From a virus, in IMG/VR virus record IMGVR_UViG_3300035698_006513: a stretch of 64,000 bases of DNA. One strand, 5' to 3'. This document shows positions 18,972 through 27,932 of the stretch, piece after piece (the first letter of the stretch is position 1; each line of letters starts with the position of its first letter). A program made the position numbers and the translations under genes. The notes below the pieces were generated by a model that worked only from the letters and a program-made list of their open reading frames with translations, searched no databases and was not told the DNA's origin.

Positions 18972-19124
18972 TTATATAAACACCTGCGGCATTTGAGCCA
19001 CTCTCAACCTAGAATCTTCCTCCTCTACGATTAAGTTGTGAAGGTAACGTATGTCATCCGCACTCAAATTCAGTATCAAAGACACTTCCTCGCGCACAGG
19101 TATGACTAATTTCATTGTGTCCAT
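18972..19124 (-). CDS. minimal shared-termini family protein (50 aa, not in ORF track)
   Basis: MDTMKLVIPVREEVSLILNLSADDIRYLHNLIVEEEDSRLRVAQMPQVFI; fills the intergenic gap. Confidence 0.6.
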   Translation of the reverse strand: MDTMKLVIPVREEVSLILNLSADDIRYLHNLIVEEEDSRLRVAQMPQVFI

Positions 19125-19126
19125 GC

Positions 19127-19645
19127 TTATATCCTTACCTGCGGTACGCGCAATGTACCTATATTCTCCACGTCATCCAGTGACTGCAGCAGTTCGCACA
19201 AAAAGCGTAATACCGACATACCGATAGTATGAGATACTTCACTTCCCTGTCTCCATACCATAAAAGTTCCATGCATCCGTACACGCACATCTCTAATTCC
19301 TGCGTATATAGTATTGTTCTCGTAATATTCTGCCGTACGCTCTGCTGCTATATTGTGTATTACGTAATCAGACTCTGGTAATCCCCGTGATACACTGCGG
19401 ATGTCCGCATGACCAAACATACCCATCACATGTGTGTACGGAGACCACCTATTCAGTCCACAGTAGGTATTAACTTCAGGGGAAGCCTCTACCAATACAC
19501 GCGAAACGCCATTACATGGCTGCGATTTTATTTCAGCCGCATAGCGTATTAAACGCAGCCATGTTTTCAGTGTAGATGCGTTTATGTCCTGTATTATAGA
19601 AAAGCAGTCACTGACGGGTATGATTAGTTTACGTGTTACAGACAT
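19127..19645 (-). CDS. shared-termini family protein
   Basis: RKLIIPVS... and C-terminal LRVPQVRI. Confidence 0.65.
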   Translation of the reverse strand: MSVTRKLIIPVSDCFSIIQDINASTLKTWLRLIRYAAEIKSQPCNGVSRVLVEASPEVNTYCGLNRWSPYTHVMGMFGHADIRSVSRGLPESDYVIHNIAAERTAEYYENNTIYAGIRDVRVRMHGTFMVWRQGSEVSHTIGMSVLRFLCELLQSLDDVENIGTLRVPQVRI

Positions 19646-19917
19646 TATATCACCACCTGTGGTAATTGTACGTCTGCATTACTGTGTTCCGCGTCTAATC
19701 CTGTTAGTATATCTAGCAACAGTACCCATACGCACGCGGGTATACGCCGAGACGCAACGTCTAGACGCATATAACGCAACCTCGTACCCACAACAGCCGC
19801 ACGTGTACACACATGATCCATCTCTGTTAACAGCATCGCCACCAGCTCTGCTGTAAGATTTATTACTAAGGTCTGTACCGTACCAACAGGTATTACCAGA
19901 CGCATAGGTTCAGTCAT
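19645..19917 (-). CDS. shared-termini family protein (short)
   Basis: MRLVIPVGTVQTLVINLTA... and C-terminal VQLPQVVI. Confidence 0.65.
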   Translation of the reverse strand: MTEPMRLVIPVGTVQTLVINLTAELVAMLLTEMDHVCTRAAVVGTRLRYMRLDVASRRIPACVWVLLLDILTGLDAEHSNADVQLPQVVI

Positions 19918-20543
19918 ATTATCACCATCGGTATACTGGGTTTGTGTATTATATCCGGCTCAGACGCAGATGGTATACGTTGGTACAAATAATCCAATTC
20001 ATTCTTACTCATACACATTGTTCTGTGCTTCTCTGGATACCCATTCGCCGTGCTTACTATACCCATACCCAGCATAATACCCGATTGACCCGATTGACTC
20101 GTTAGCGTTACAGATGAAAGACGTCGTACTAGTACACTATCCGCATCAGAGTGTCCGTCTCGGTATGTCTGTAACGTGGGCGCGGTTAACTCTGAGTTCA
20201 GATGCAAATACGTGTAATCTTCCATTGACTGCAGATACGCATCATTTAAATTTATATCCATACGTGGGTCTGTATGCAGTACGCGTGAGTACGATAATGG
20301 TATTTCTGTCATCATATAAGTAGACAGGTCAGTACACCGTACGCTTAATTCCGGCCTAACTAAGTCCCTGCCTCCCAGTGTATCCGCAGCTACTTTAGTA
20401 GCAATCATAAGCTCTTGCCAACTGCTTATTACGCTATGTGTAACAGCCACCAACAAAGACAAATCATCTCGGTCATCCATCGCCATTGCTGCATACAAAA
20501 CCGGCTCTTTGTAATCAAACACATCTTTCTCCTTTATGCGCAC
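19914..20543 (-). CDS. shared-termini family protein
   Basis: C-terminal PSIPMVII; start uncertain. Confidence 0.6.
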   Translation of the reverse strand: MRIKEKDVFDYKEPVLYAAMAMDDRDDLSLLVAVTHSVISSWQELMIATKVAADTLGGRDLVRPELSVRCTDLSTYMMTEIPLSYSRVLHTDPRMDINLNDAYLQSMEDYTYLHLNSELTAPTLQTYRDGHSDADSVLVRRLSSVTLTSQSGQSGIMLGMGIVSTANGYPEKHRTMCMSKNELDYLYQRIPSASEPDIIHKPSIPMVII

Positions 20544-20616
20544 AAACGCAAATCCGCGCGTTTCATCCGCACACTCTACATGAAATGCGTTTATATGACT
20601 TTAGGTACATACGCAT

Positions 20617-21147
20617 CTATCCGCACATAAACGGTGGTATCTGTATCCGCTCTATTGGCTCAGCGCAGTCCTCTTCCTCCATTACATCAAGTAGGTAGTC
20701 TAGATTATCTCGCCACAGTACATACGTGTTCTGTGGTGGGTTAGCGTTATATGAGATTGACCAGACTATTCCATCCTTTGCTTCGTCAGACACATACTTT
20801 ATCTCGTACTTACAAGAAAGAGACTGGTTAAGACTTTTCAACACATACGCGTCTAGTGTAGGTATACCAGGTATATCCTGTGGGTCATTTAAGTCTACCG
20901 TCTTATTGTCAGTAAGATATAGAATACCGGGCGTACCTATACCTGCGAACCTATACTTGGTGCGCTATACATCAGTTATAGAACAGTTAGTACAACTAGA
21001 CCATGCGATTCCATCCGTCAACTCCTCTAGCAAGTCTATAATACGGATACACTCTTTTACAAACGCAGTGTCTATATCTATCAACAGCGACTCCGCAACG
21101 TAAAAGTAATCGTCCAGGTTTAACATTAACTTTCTACGCATAGACAT
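20617..21147 (-). pseudogene. family gene interrupted by one in-frame TAG
   Basis: ORFs 20965..21147 and 20617..20844 share a frame; the only stop between them is TAG at 20965-20967; C-terminal IQIPPFMCG. Confidence 0.6.
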
Positions 21148-21155
21148 CTCCTTCC

Positions 21156-21335
21156 TTATAATAAGTTACCTACATTAGGTAGCTGTACGGCTCCTACCAC
21201 TTCACTTCCAGTCTCCGGAGACTCTTGCATGTTCCGCACTATCATATCGTGTACAGCCATTAACTCATACAGATTTAAACTGTATGATGCATAATCGCTC
21301 AAACCTAACATCGGTAACAATAGGTTATAATCCAC
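21156..21335 (-). CDS. minimal shared-termini family protein (59 aa, not in ORF track)
   Basis: GGAGG RBS and GTG start; MDYNLLLPMLG...AVQLPNVGNLL. Confidence 0.55.
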   Translation of the reverse strand: MDYNLLLPMLGLSDYASYSLNLYELMAVHDMIVRNMQESPETGSEVVGAVQLPNVGNLL

Positions 21336-21349
21336 AGCTCACTACCTCC

Positions 21350-21901
21350 TTATAGCAACAGTATGTTAGGTAAGACGGGAGTCTGTATTGTCTCAGTAGT
21401 CCTTTGCGATGTGGGACCGTACTCTTCAAATCTACATATCGTGCTATATATCAATTCTAGTGTACCCATATACATGTGTATAGATTTGAAGATTGTGCCA
21501 TTGAACAAGGAGCACCAATACAATACGCAATTACCTTCCCACCTTGAACAGGTAATACTCATGCCGTCTAATGCACTTACTGTTACAGGAGGCATTATAT
21601 TGAACATACCAGGCACACTGCGTAGGTGTGCTCCAGCAAGATCATACGTAGAATCACCATCACCAGAAAATATTGAAGCTGTAGGTAGACACATAGAGGA
21701 AATCGAGTACGCATTCAGCGTATTATCAACACAGTAGAGGTCTTTCTGCGTCAAATTATGTGTAGTTTGTGTGTCTATCAGCGACGTGTACGCACCAATC
21801 ATAGATTTTAAGTAGTTCATGTACGAGGAAGAAAGTTTGATACAGATAGTACTTCCGGTTGACCATCTTGTTGGGACAGCAAGATAATATTGCATAGGCA
21901 C
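21350..21901 (-). CDS. shared-termini family protein
   Basis: YYLAVPT... and C-terminal PVLPNILLL. Confidence 0.6.
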   Translation of the reverse strand: MPMQYYLAVPTRWSTGSTICIKLSSSYMNYLKSMIGAYTSLIDTQTTHNLTQKDLYCVDNTLNAYSISSMCLPTASIFSGDGDSTYDLAGAHLRSVPGMFNIMPPVTVSALDGMSITCSRWEGNCVLYWCSLFNGTIFKSIHMYMGTLELIYSTICRFEEYGPTSQRTTETIQTPVLPNILLL

Positions 21902-21903
21902 TC

Positions 21904-22179
21904 CTATATAATAGGTACAGATGGCATCGAAACACTACTATATGGTGCCGACGCATTCATCTTTCTCCGAATACCCATGAGTGTAGATATATATACAATA
22001 CACGTAGTTACATGTACCAGCCTACCTTCTCCAAGGTCTGCTCCATCATCTCCCGCCAGTCCGCTATCTCCTCCATAGTAACTGGTAGTAGAATATTCTT
22101 GTGCATAGGATCTTGCGTACCTAGCAAAACATGTATCTTTTCCATTACTTACTCCTTTATGCAAAAAAATACCCCTCAT
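21904..22179 (-). CDS. hypothetical protein with family C-terminal tail
   Basis: C-terminal VSMPSVPII. Confidence 0.5.
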   Translation of the reverse strand: MRGIFLHKGVSNGKDTCFARYARSYAQEYSTTSYYGGDSGLAGDDGADLGEGRLVHVTTCIVYISTLMGIRRKMNASAPYSSVSMPSVPII

Positions 22180-22243
22180 ACCATTGCTTACCTGTGATTA
22201 TAGGTATGAGGGGTCTACTCACTCTCTTGTTACACATATGACA

Positions 22244-23503
22244 CTAACACTTCTCCACTCCACCACTTTCAATGACACGGAGTATCTTCGACATATCATC
22301 CTCATTGTAGGAGTCGGCCCTGCGTTCTATGATACTAACCGCAAGTACCGCGGCCTCGCTCATATTGTGAAGCCGGTTTTCGTACAGTTCTGCATCTACT
22401 ATCAGTGATTTTATGTCTCTACTTGCAGAGGCAGCCAACTCCTCTACTCGCCCTAACATACCCATATCTGCCAATGCTGCATCGACTGCCTCAATAGGCA
22501 TATTCACGGCGTCATCAAGATCTTTGTCCTCTTCTGCATCGAAGAAGTCTATAATGTCTGCCTCCTTCACATATAGATCCTCGATCGATCTCACCTTCTT
22601 CTGGCTGCGTACGGGGATCTCCGTATTTATAGCAGATCTTAACCATGACTTCAGGAACGGCATTGCGTATCGAAATACGACATCACCTTCACTCTTCGAG
22701 GTGAACTGTATCTGGAGAAGTGGTATGGCATCATTGTAGTCAGGTATCTTGGTAAGAAGAACAGTAGATATTTCTACCCCATCACCTTTATTAGGGGGTG
22801 ACCCTACGAGGAAGTAGTTGACTTCTTTAGAATCGGAGGGTAACGACACGGATCTTTCGATATGTTTGTAGTCTTGTCTACTGTGGGTACAGTAAGACAT
22901 GATTACGTCGCATACTCGCACTTGAGACGCACACAACGAAACTGTATTCCCTCGCGGACAGCGTCCGGGGTCCACTAATGCGCCCAATGCGTCTACATCT
23001 AACTCTGCCCATATAGACTTGTTCTCCCCTTCGATGGGAGCCCACACTTGTATGAACTTGTTCGCTACCTCTTTCTCGTGGTCCAGAATAGTCTGTAACA
23101 AGTACGAGAATGGTACGAACACACTCTCTACTACGACTGCGTTTAGTAGTACGACATACACATATGCACCTAGCTCACCCATCACCAAGAAACTTGACGA
23201 AGGAATCTCTTCTCCTTTATAAGGAGAAATACCATCTCGCCATTTTCCCAGGTCGGCTGACGACATAATGTCCGCAGACACCATGCTATCAAGCATTCTT
23301 CTGAATTTTCTATCTGAGAGCGGTAGTCTCAGAACAGAAGGAACCTTCACACCACTTACCACACAAGACGATAGTGAGAGATTAGCGCAGGCAATCTCTC
23401 CACTCAGCATTCCCTTAGCCAAGGGCAGATGCTCAAAGGGAATCGAGCACTGAATTGATTTATTATCATTCGTAGGTAGCCACACTCTTAGATCTTTACT
23501 CAT
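22244..23503 (-). CDS. hypothetical protein (about 420 aa)
   Basis: ATG 23503 follows GGAG; two internal V-W-x-P-starting units and a helical acidic C-terminus. Confidence 0.65.
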   Translation of the reverse strand: MSKDLRVWLPTNDNKSIQCSIPFEHLPLAKGMLSGEIACANLSLSSCVVSGVKVPSVLRLPLSDRKFRRMLDSMVSADIMSSADLGKWRDGISPYKGEEIPSSSFLVMGELGAYVYVVLLNAVVVESVFVPFSYLLQTILDHEKEVANKFIQVWAPIEGENKSIWAELDVDALGALVDPGRCPRGNTVSLCASQVRVCDVIMSYCTHSRQDYKHIERSVSLPSDSKEVNYFLVGSPPNKGDGVEISTVLLTKIPDYNDAIPLLQIQFTSKSEGDVVFRYAMPFLKSWLRSAINTEIPVRSQKKVRSIEDLYVKEADIIDFFDAEEDKDLDDAVNMPIEAVDAALADMGMLGRVEELAASASRDIKSLIVDAELYENRLHNMSEAAVLAVSIIERRADSYNEDDMSKILRVIESGGVEKC

Positions 23504-24170
23504 AACTTTTTCTCCATACCAAACTGTTTTCTCCATCTAACACTACTCCGCGCTCTGCCTCTATAGCAGTTTCGCGTATGACTTTAACCGGGTGCTTACA
23601 CAACCACAACCTCAGCAGTAATGCTGGGATAATACCTGTGTGCACCTCATCCGCCCCCATCCGTGTACGAAAGTACATTGCTGTCCTCAACAATGCAACT
23701 TGTGGTCTCTTCATCTCATACATGTAATTTGGGATGTCCATCTCTTTGAGACCATTCTCCATTATAGATCTCTTAGATTTCCTCATTATCTTCCTACCTT
23801 CGGTAGACTCATACATATCCAGGAGGCATGTACTTAATTTATCCGAACCCGGTGTAAGATCCTCCAGTAATACACGGCCATTTCCTTTCATGGAGAGCTT
23901 CTTTGCAGTAGCGTTGCATAACCCCAGCGGCACCACGTGGGGACTATCATCCTCAAAGGAGGACTCTATTCCATTAAGCCAATCCATTGCTACATCCGCT
24001 GTAAATGCCACGCACATGCACGATTCCGTTGGAGATCCTATTATCCGCAATAGGACGTGGTACTCATACCACTGGTGCATCACTAGGTTTTCGTACTCAT
24101 CTACGTCAATGTCCTGTCGGGGGCTGCGTAAATACGCGATGAATTCATCGGTATGCACTATTTTACTCAT
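23496..24170 (-). CDS. hypothetical protein
   Basis: 224-aa ORF with GGGAG RBS; first gene of a leftward unit. Confidence 0.7.
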   Translation of the reverse strand: MSKIVHTDEFIAYLRSPRQDIDVDEYENLVMHQWYEYHVLLRIIGSPTESCMCVAFTADVAMDWLNGIESSFEDDSPHVVPLGLCNATAKKLSMKGNGRVLLEDLTPGSDKLSTCLLDMYESTEGRKIMRKSKRSIMENGLKEMDIPNYMYEMKRPQVALLRTAMYFRTRMGADEVHTGIIPALLLRLWLCKHPVKVIRETAIEAERGVVLDGENSLVWRKSYE

Positions 24171-24300
24171 TTTACTCTCCCGTCATAAGTAATAATGGGA
24201 ACCTGTATCTAATCTCTTATGCCAGTTAACGCTATATTTTGTGGAATAAGGACGTAAGGACCAAATACTTAATATTTCTACATTGATAAGGAGTAAGTCA

Positions 24301-25266
24301 ATGAGCTATTACCCACATGAGATGTTTTCTAGAGTAGAGGATTGGACCAAATTCGTACAGGAACGGCAATCATACGTGATAAGCCTAGAACAGATGACTC
24401 GTCAAAATATGGACTTATCTGATACAGAATTTGTATGTGCTTACGGACGAGATGCCTGGGACAGTATCAATAACTTTTATGCTGTGAAAGGTAGGGATGG
24501 CCATAACTATCTAGAGCATGATATTGCTCTAATATACTTCATGGAGCAGTATAACCAGGTGTTTGACCTGTCGAACTGGGAATTTGGTAGTATGCTGAGA
24601 GACACAGAATTGCCTGATAACTGGAGAGATGACTTCATGCTGCCATACAAGTCATTCTATATACATGCCCCATTAGGCAAGTACATAAATGGTGTGGATC
24701 TCAGCGGCGCTCTGGTATGGGACATAGAAAGTGACCTATGTATCATGCCTACCAGCACGCTGCACAATGGGAACGTAGAGTTCTGCCATACATTCAAAGT
24801 TAGTGATGTAGAGAATTCTAAGGCAGATGACCTATTAAAACAGATCCTACCTGGATCTGTTTCTCGCAGAGAAATAATGAATTTGGTAATAAATCTTGTG
24901 CTGTATATAAATAGCAGCAAGCCTATGGCTGAGGTAACACAGCCTAACCAATCCAAACAAAAGATGGCCGAAGATAGACTCGGACGTGTGAAGTCCGAGG
25001 GAAAGAAGACTAAAGCAAGGAGGAAGGTAGCACAGTCGTGCAGCACAGTGACCACACTATTCTCGGAGAAATCCATCGCTAGATCGTGTAGTGATGGTAT
25101 AGAAACACGTGTGCGTGGACACTTTGTTCGTGCGCACTGGCACCACTACTGGAAAGGGAGTGGTGATGAACGAAAGTTAGTGCGTAAGTGGCTATTCCCT
25201 TACGCGAAGGGAGACTGGAGTAACCCAGTCAGTAGAAGCAAGTACGTATTCAAAACGGAGAAGTAG
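24301..25266 (+). CDS. conserved phage hypothetical protein with C-terminal H-x-V-R-x-H-W motif
   Basis: HFVRAHWHHYWKG...RKWLFP motif; ATG 24301 follows AAGGAG. Confidence 0.7.
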   Translation: MSYYPHEMFSRVEDWTKFVQERQSYVISLEQMTRQNMDLSDTEFVCAYGRDAWDSINNFYAVKGRDGHNYLEHDIALIYFMEQYNQVFDLSNWEFGSMLRDTELPDNWRDDFMLPYKSFYIHAPLGKYINGVDLSGALVWDIESDLCIMPTSTLHNGNVEFCHTFKVSDVENSKADDLLKQILPGSVSRREIMNLVINLVLYINSSKPMAEVTQPNQSKQKMAEDRLGRVKSEGKKTKARRKVAQSCSTVTTLFSEKSIARSCSDGIETRVRGHFVRAHWHHYWKGSGDERKLVRKWLFPYAKGDWSNPVSRSKYVFKTEK

Positions 25267-25267
25267 T

Positions 25268-25432
25268 ATGACACAGACACAGACAGTAGCAAGACCTAAC
25301 TACAAATTGCTTATCAAACCACAGGCTCCTGCCAACATGGTAAAAGTGCGTAGACCTCCTTTCAGATGGGTACGGTTCACTCACAATATGGACACACGAC
25401 GTGTGCAAGTATGGAGACTAGAAAAAGTATGA
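25268..25432 (+). CDS. small basic protein (54 aa, not in ORF track)
   Basis: MTQTQTVARPNYKLLIKP...WRLEKV; GGAG RBS; ATGA overlap with the next gene. Confidence 0.55.
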   Translation: MTQTQTVARPNYKLLIKPQAPANMVKVRRPPFRWVRFTHNMDTRRVQVWRLEKV

Positions 25433-25845
25433 AGCTATTGATAGTAGTGGACACCTTACGCCGCATGTTCGATTATGTGATGGTCAACACACAGGACATC
25501 ATACCATTAGAAGATGTGGATAAGCTAAGCAGTATAAGAAAGCGAATGGAGACAACTGTGTACGCCCTAGGGATAAGAGGTATCCCTGTAGACATAGTCC
25601 ATGCCAACTCCCCATTTAAGGGGATGATACAAGTGATAGAAGGAAAATTCTTCGTAACTGCGTTCGTCAAGCAGTGTGCGGCTACTATAGCTATCCCCAT
25701 ATCTATAGATGAGGTAGGACATATCATAGATAATATGGGGATAGGTCCGGAGGGGCGTACAGACGCAATGTTCAAATTCGTCCAACAGGACGATGGAGTC
25801 TTTACTCTAACCTCTTCTGCATCACCCACATGGAGTCGTATATAA
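25429..25845 (+). CDS. hypothetical protein
   Basis: Start MKLLIVVD by ATGA coupling. Confidence 0.6.
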   Translation: MKLLIVVDTLRRMFDYVMVNTQDIIPLEDVDKLSSIRKRMETTVYALGIRGIPVDIVHANSPFKGMIQVIEGKFFVTAFVKQCAATIAIPISIDEVGHIIDNMGIGPEGRTDAMFKFVQQDDGVFTLTSSASPTWSRI

Positions 25846-26204
25846 TGACACAACAATACGCAAAAGCATATGTGTGCTGGTATATCGAAGGTTCTACTAT
25901 GCCAGAGATGACCCGCCCAAAGAACAGAGTCAGATCCACACCAACCACTACAAAAAAGGTCCTGATACCTTCATTCCTAACAGGATGGACACGTGGACAC
26001 CTCACACCATCAGGTGAGGTGTTCAACGATGAGCAAGTGAGCGAGTACGGTCACGTACATAAAGGGGAAATAACCAAGTACGTGACACGATGGTTACAAG
26101 ACGGTGAAAGCGGTGGTAAAGCGCTATGTGTTATGAGAGTAGAGAACATGCGCACAGCAGTGCGGCTCGACATAGCAGAAAGATACCATAACCTCAACCC
26201 TTAA
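25845..26204 (+). CDS. hypothetical protein
   Basis: TAATG coupling and GGAG RBS. Confidence 0.6.
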   Translation: MTQQYAKAYVCWYIEGSTMPEMTRPKNRVRSTPTTTKKVLIPSFLTGWTRGHLTPSGEVFNDEQVSEYGHVHKGEITKYVTRWLQDGESGGKALCVMRVENMRTAVRLDIAERYHNLNP

Positions 26205-26403
26205 ATAACGGAGACCATATCGGCATAAGAGGCTGAACAGTATTTACCAAAGGAGTCAGTATGGAATCAGAGGAATAAGCGCCTCTCATGTTAACTAAAA
26301 CAAAATGGATAAAAGCTTGTTTTTGGTTGGGATTGAGACCCCTCTTTGTAGAGAAGCGCTTATTTCTTACCTATAACCACAGGTTATTACTAATATATTG
26401 GGT

Positions 26404-26598
26404 ATAAGAACACAGTAGAAAGAGCCTCGGCCCGTGCTCTGCTAGAAGCAGAGTGGGGTCATAAGTGCAACAAAGAAATAGTGGCTCATCTGATAACTTG
26501 TAGTGAGATGGGTGTTAGTATTAGTAAAAAATAGCGATGGGTAGGTAAGTCACCATCGCTACACTGAAAATAGGAGAGTACATAGGTACCCTATTTTC
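26404..26598 (+). ncRNA. candidate structured RNA (four consecutive hairpins)
   Basis: No obvious ORF; follows ATAAG; hairpins at 26429-26460, 26484-26513, 26532-26561 and 26566-26598. Confidence 0.3.
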
Positions 26599-26604
26599 TT
26601 AGTA

Positions 26605-26952
26605 TCACTTATATTTAGCCATCACCTTTTTCCACTTTATAGGTAACTTACGATATTTACGTGCGCTACTCTTACAGACGATATTTTGCGTACGCCTATT
26701 TATACAAACCTCCCAAAGCATACCGTACAACAGTGCGTGGTCCCTACGTACAATATCTCCGTAGAACACATACCCACGCGGACCATACTTCTCTAGGTGC
26801 TCTAGTACACTGTATTCACACTCGTTTTTAATCTTACGGAAATTCTTATAACTCACAGTGGTAACACAGGTAGAGAAGTGGTGCGTATACGTTTTTTGTG
26901 CACAACTCGAAAATATACACAATATCAAGGTAAAGTATAAGCTATTCCTCAC
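26605..26952 (-). CDS. putative lipoprotein
   Basis: Signal peptide with lipobox-like FSSC at residue 17; very basic. Confidence 0.55.
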   Translation of the reverse strand: MRNSLYFTLILCIFSSCAQKTYTHHFSTCVTTVSYKNFRKIKNECEYSVLEHLEKYGPRGYVFYGDIVRRDHALLYGMLWEVCINRRTQNIVCKSSARKYRKLPIKWKKVMAKYK

Positions 26953-27820
26953 GGAGACACCTCATCATCTTAGTTAGAATGCGGCTGGTAATCTTGTTAG
27001 CATACCAAGGACCGTAGCTGAACTTCACAGCCAAGGTGATATATATGTGCCCTTTCTTATAAGGTATAGCAATGTTGTCTAACCTAGAATATTTAGGTAC
27101 CGTGCCTGACTTGTTGTAAAAGATACTGCCTGGAAAGAATTTGCGCATAGCTTTACAGGTATGAGGATGCTTCCTAGCCAAAGAGTGTCGTAACGCAGAC
27201 AGACTTTTTATAGGTACCCCAAGAGTAGGGTCTAGGTTGACTATTCTGTGCATGATGCTCTGCAGCTCATACAAAGATACACAGTTTGATGCGCATAGTG
27301 TACGTCTCCAAGGGTTTTGTCTAGCAGGTATTCCGTGTGAGGTAATGGCCGGCCTATTCCATATGCGTCTGTTAGGTCCTCCGAACAGAGTGCGTATAGT
27401 TAGGTACATATACTTGAGATCCTTACGCATACGATCTATCCCATCTACTGTGGCCAGCCTTACCATTCTATCGTAGTCTATGTTCTCCATACGGAACAAA
27501 GTGCTGACCTTACCGTTGAACACCCCGTACGCATCTTTGAATTTAATGCGTGTATCTGCGTGTATGTTGTACTTCTTCATCTCTCTCAGCATAGCAACAG
27601 CTGCGATTATTTTTACTGTGCTAGCGGGCCAGAATAGACCACGAGAATTGTCGTACCCCTTACGTCGTATGTGGCACAGACCTTTGGGGTTGTCCGAGTC
27701 CACGTACTTGGCGACATAATATACGTGTTTTCTTGACTTGACTTTCATAGGCTTACCAAAAACAAACGCAACCGCTAGTAATAAACCCATCGATAGAATT
27801 ACGTAATGTCTGATCTTCAT
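26942..27820 (-). CDS. secreted serine hydrolase of PBP/class A beta-lactamase fold
   Basis: FWPASTVK (SxxK) and NKSGT (KSG) motifs plus an N-terminal signal sequence. Confidence 0.7.
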   Translation of the reverse strand: MKIRHYVILSMGLLLAVAFVFGKPMKVKSRKHVYYVAKYVDSDNPKGLCHIRRKGYDNSRGLFWPASTVKIIAAVAMLREMKKYNIHADTRIKFKDAYGVFNGKVSTLFRMENIDYDRMVRLATVDGIDRMRKDLKYMYLTIRTLFGGPNRRIWNRPAITSHGIPARQNPWRRTLCASNCVSLYELQSIMHRIVNLDPTLGVPIKSLSALRHSLARKHPHTCKAMRKFFPGSIFYNKSGTVPKYSRLDNIAIPYKKGHIYITLAVKFSYGPWYANKITSRILTKMMRCLREE

Positions 27821-27850
27821 CCTCATCTCCTTAAGCTGGTACACTAATTT

Positions 27851-27874
27851 TCGTAGATAGTGTATTATCTACGA
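27851..27874. promoter_or_regulatory. palindrome between divergent genes
   Basis: TCGTAGATA-N6-TATCTACGA. Confidence 0.35.
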
Positions 27875-27932
27875 CGTCATATCCTTATACGGCAAATGTG
27901 TACGTAATTACAAATAAGGCAGGAGGCGAATA

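Noticed and set aside
26942-27820. Calling this an antibiotic-resistance beta-lactamase
   Set aside because: The SxN motif appears altered and no omega-loop ExxLN is evident. Only the fold is supported.
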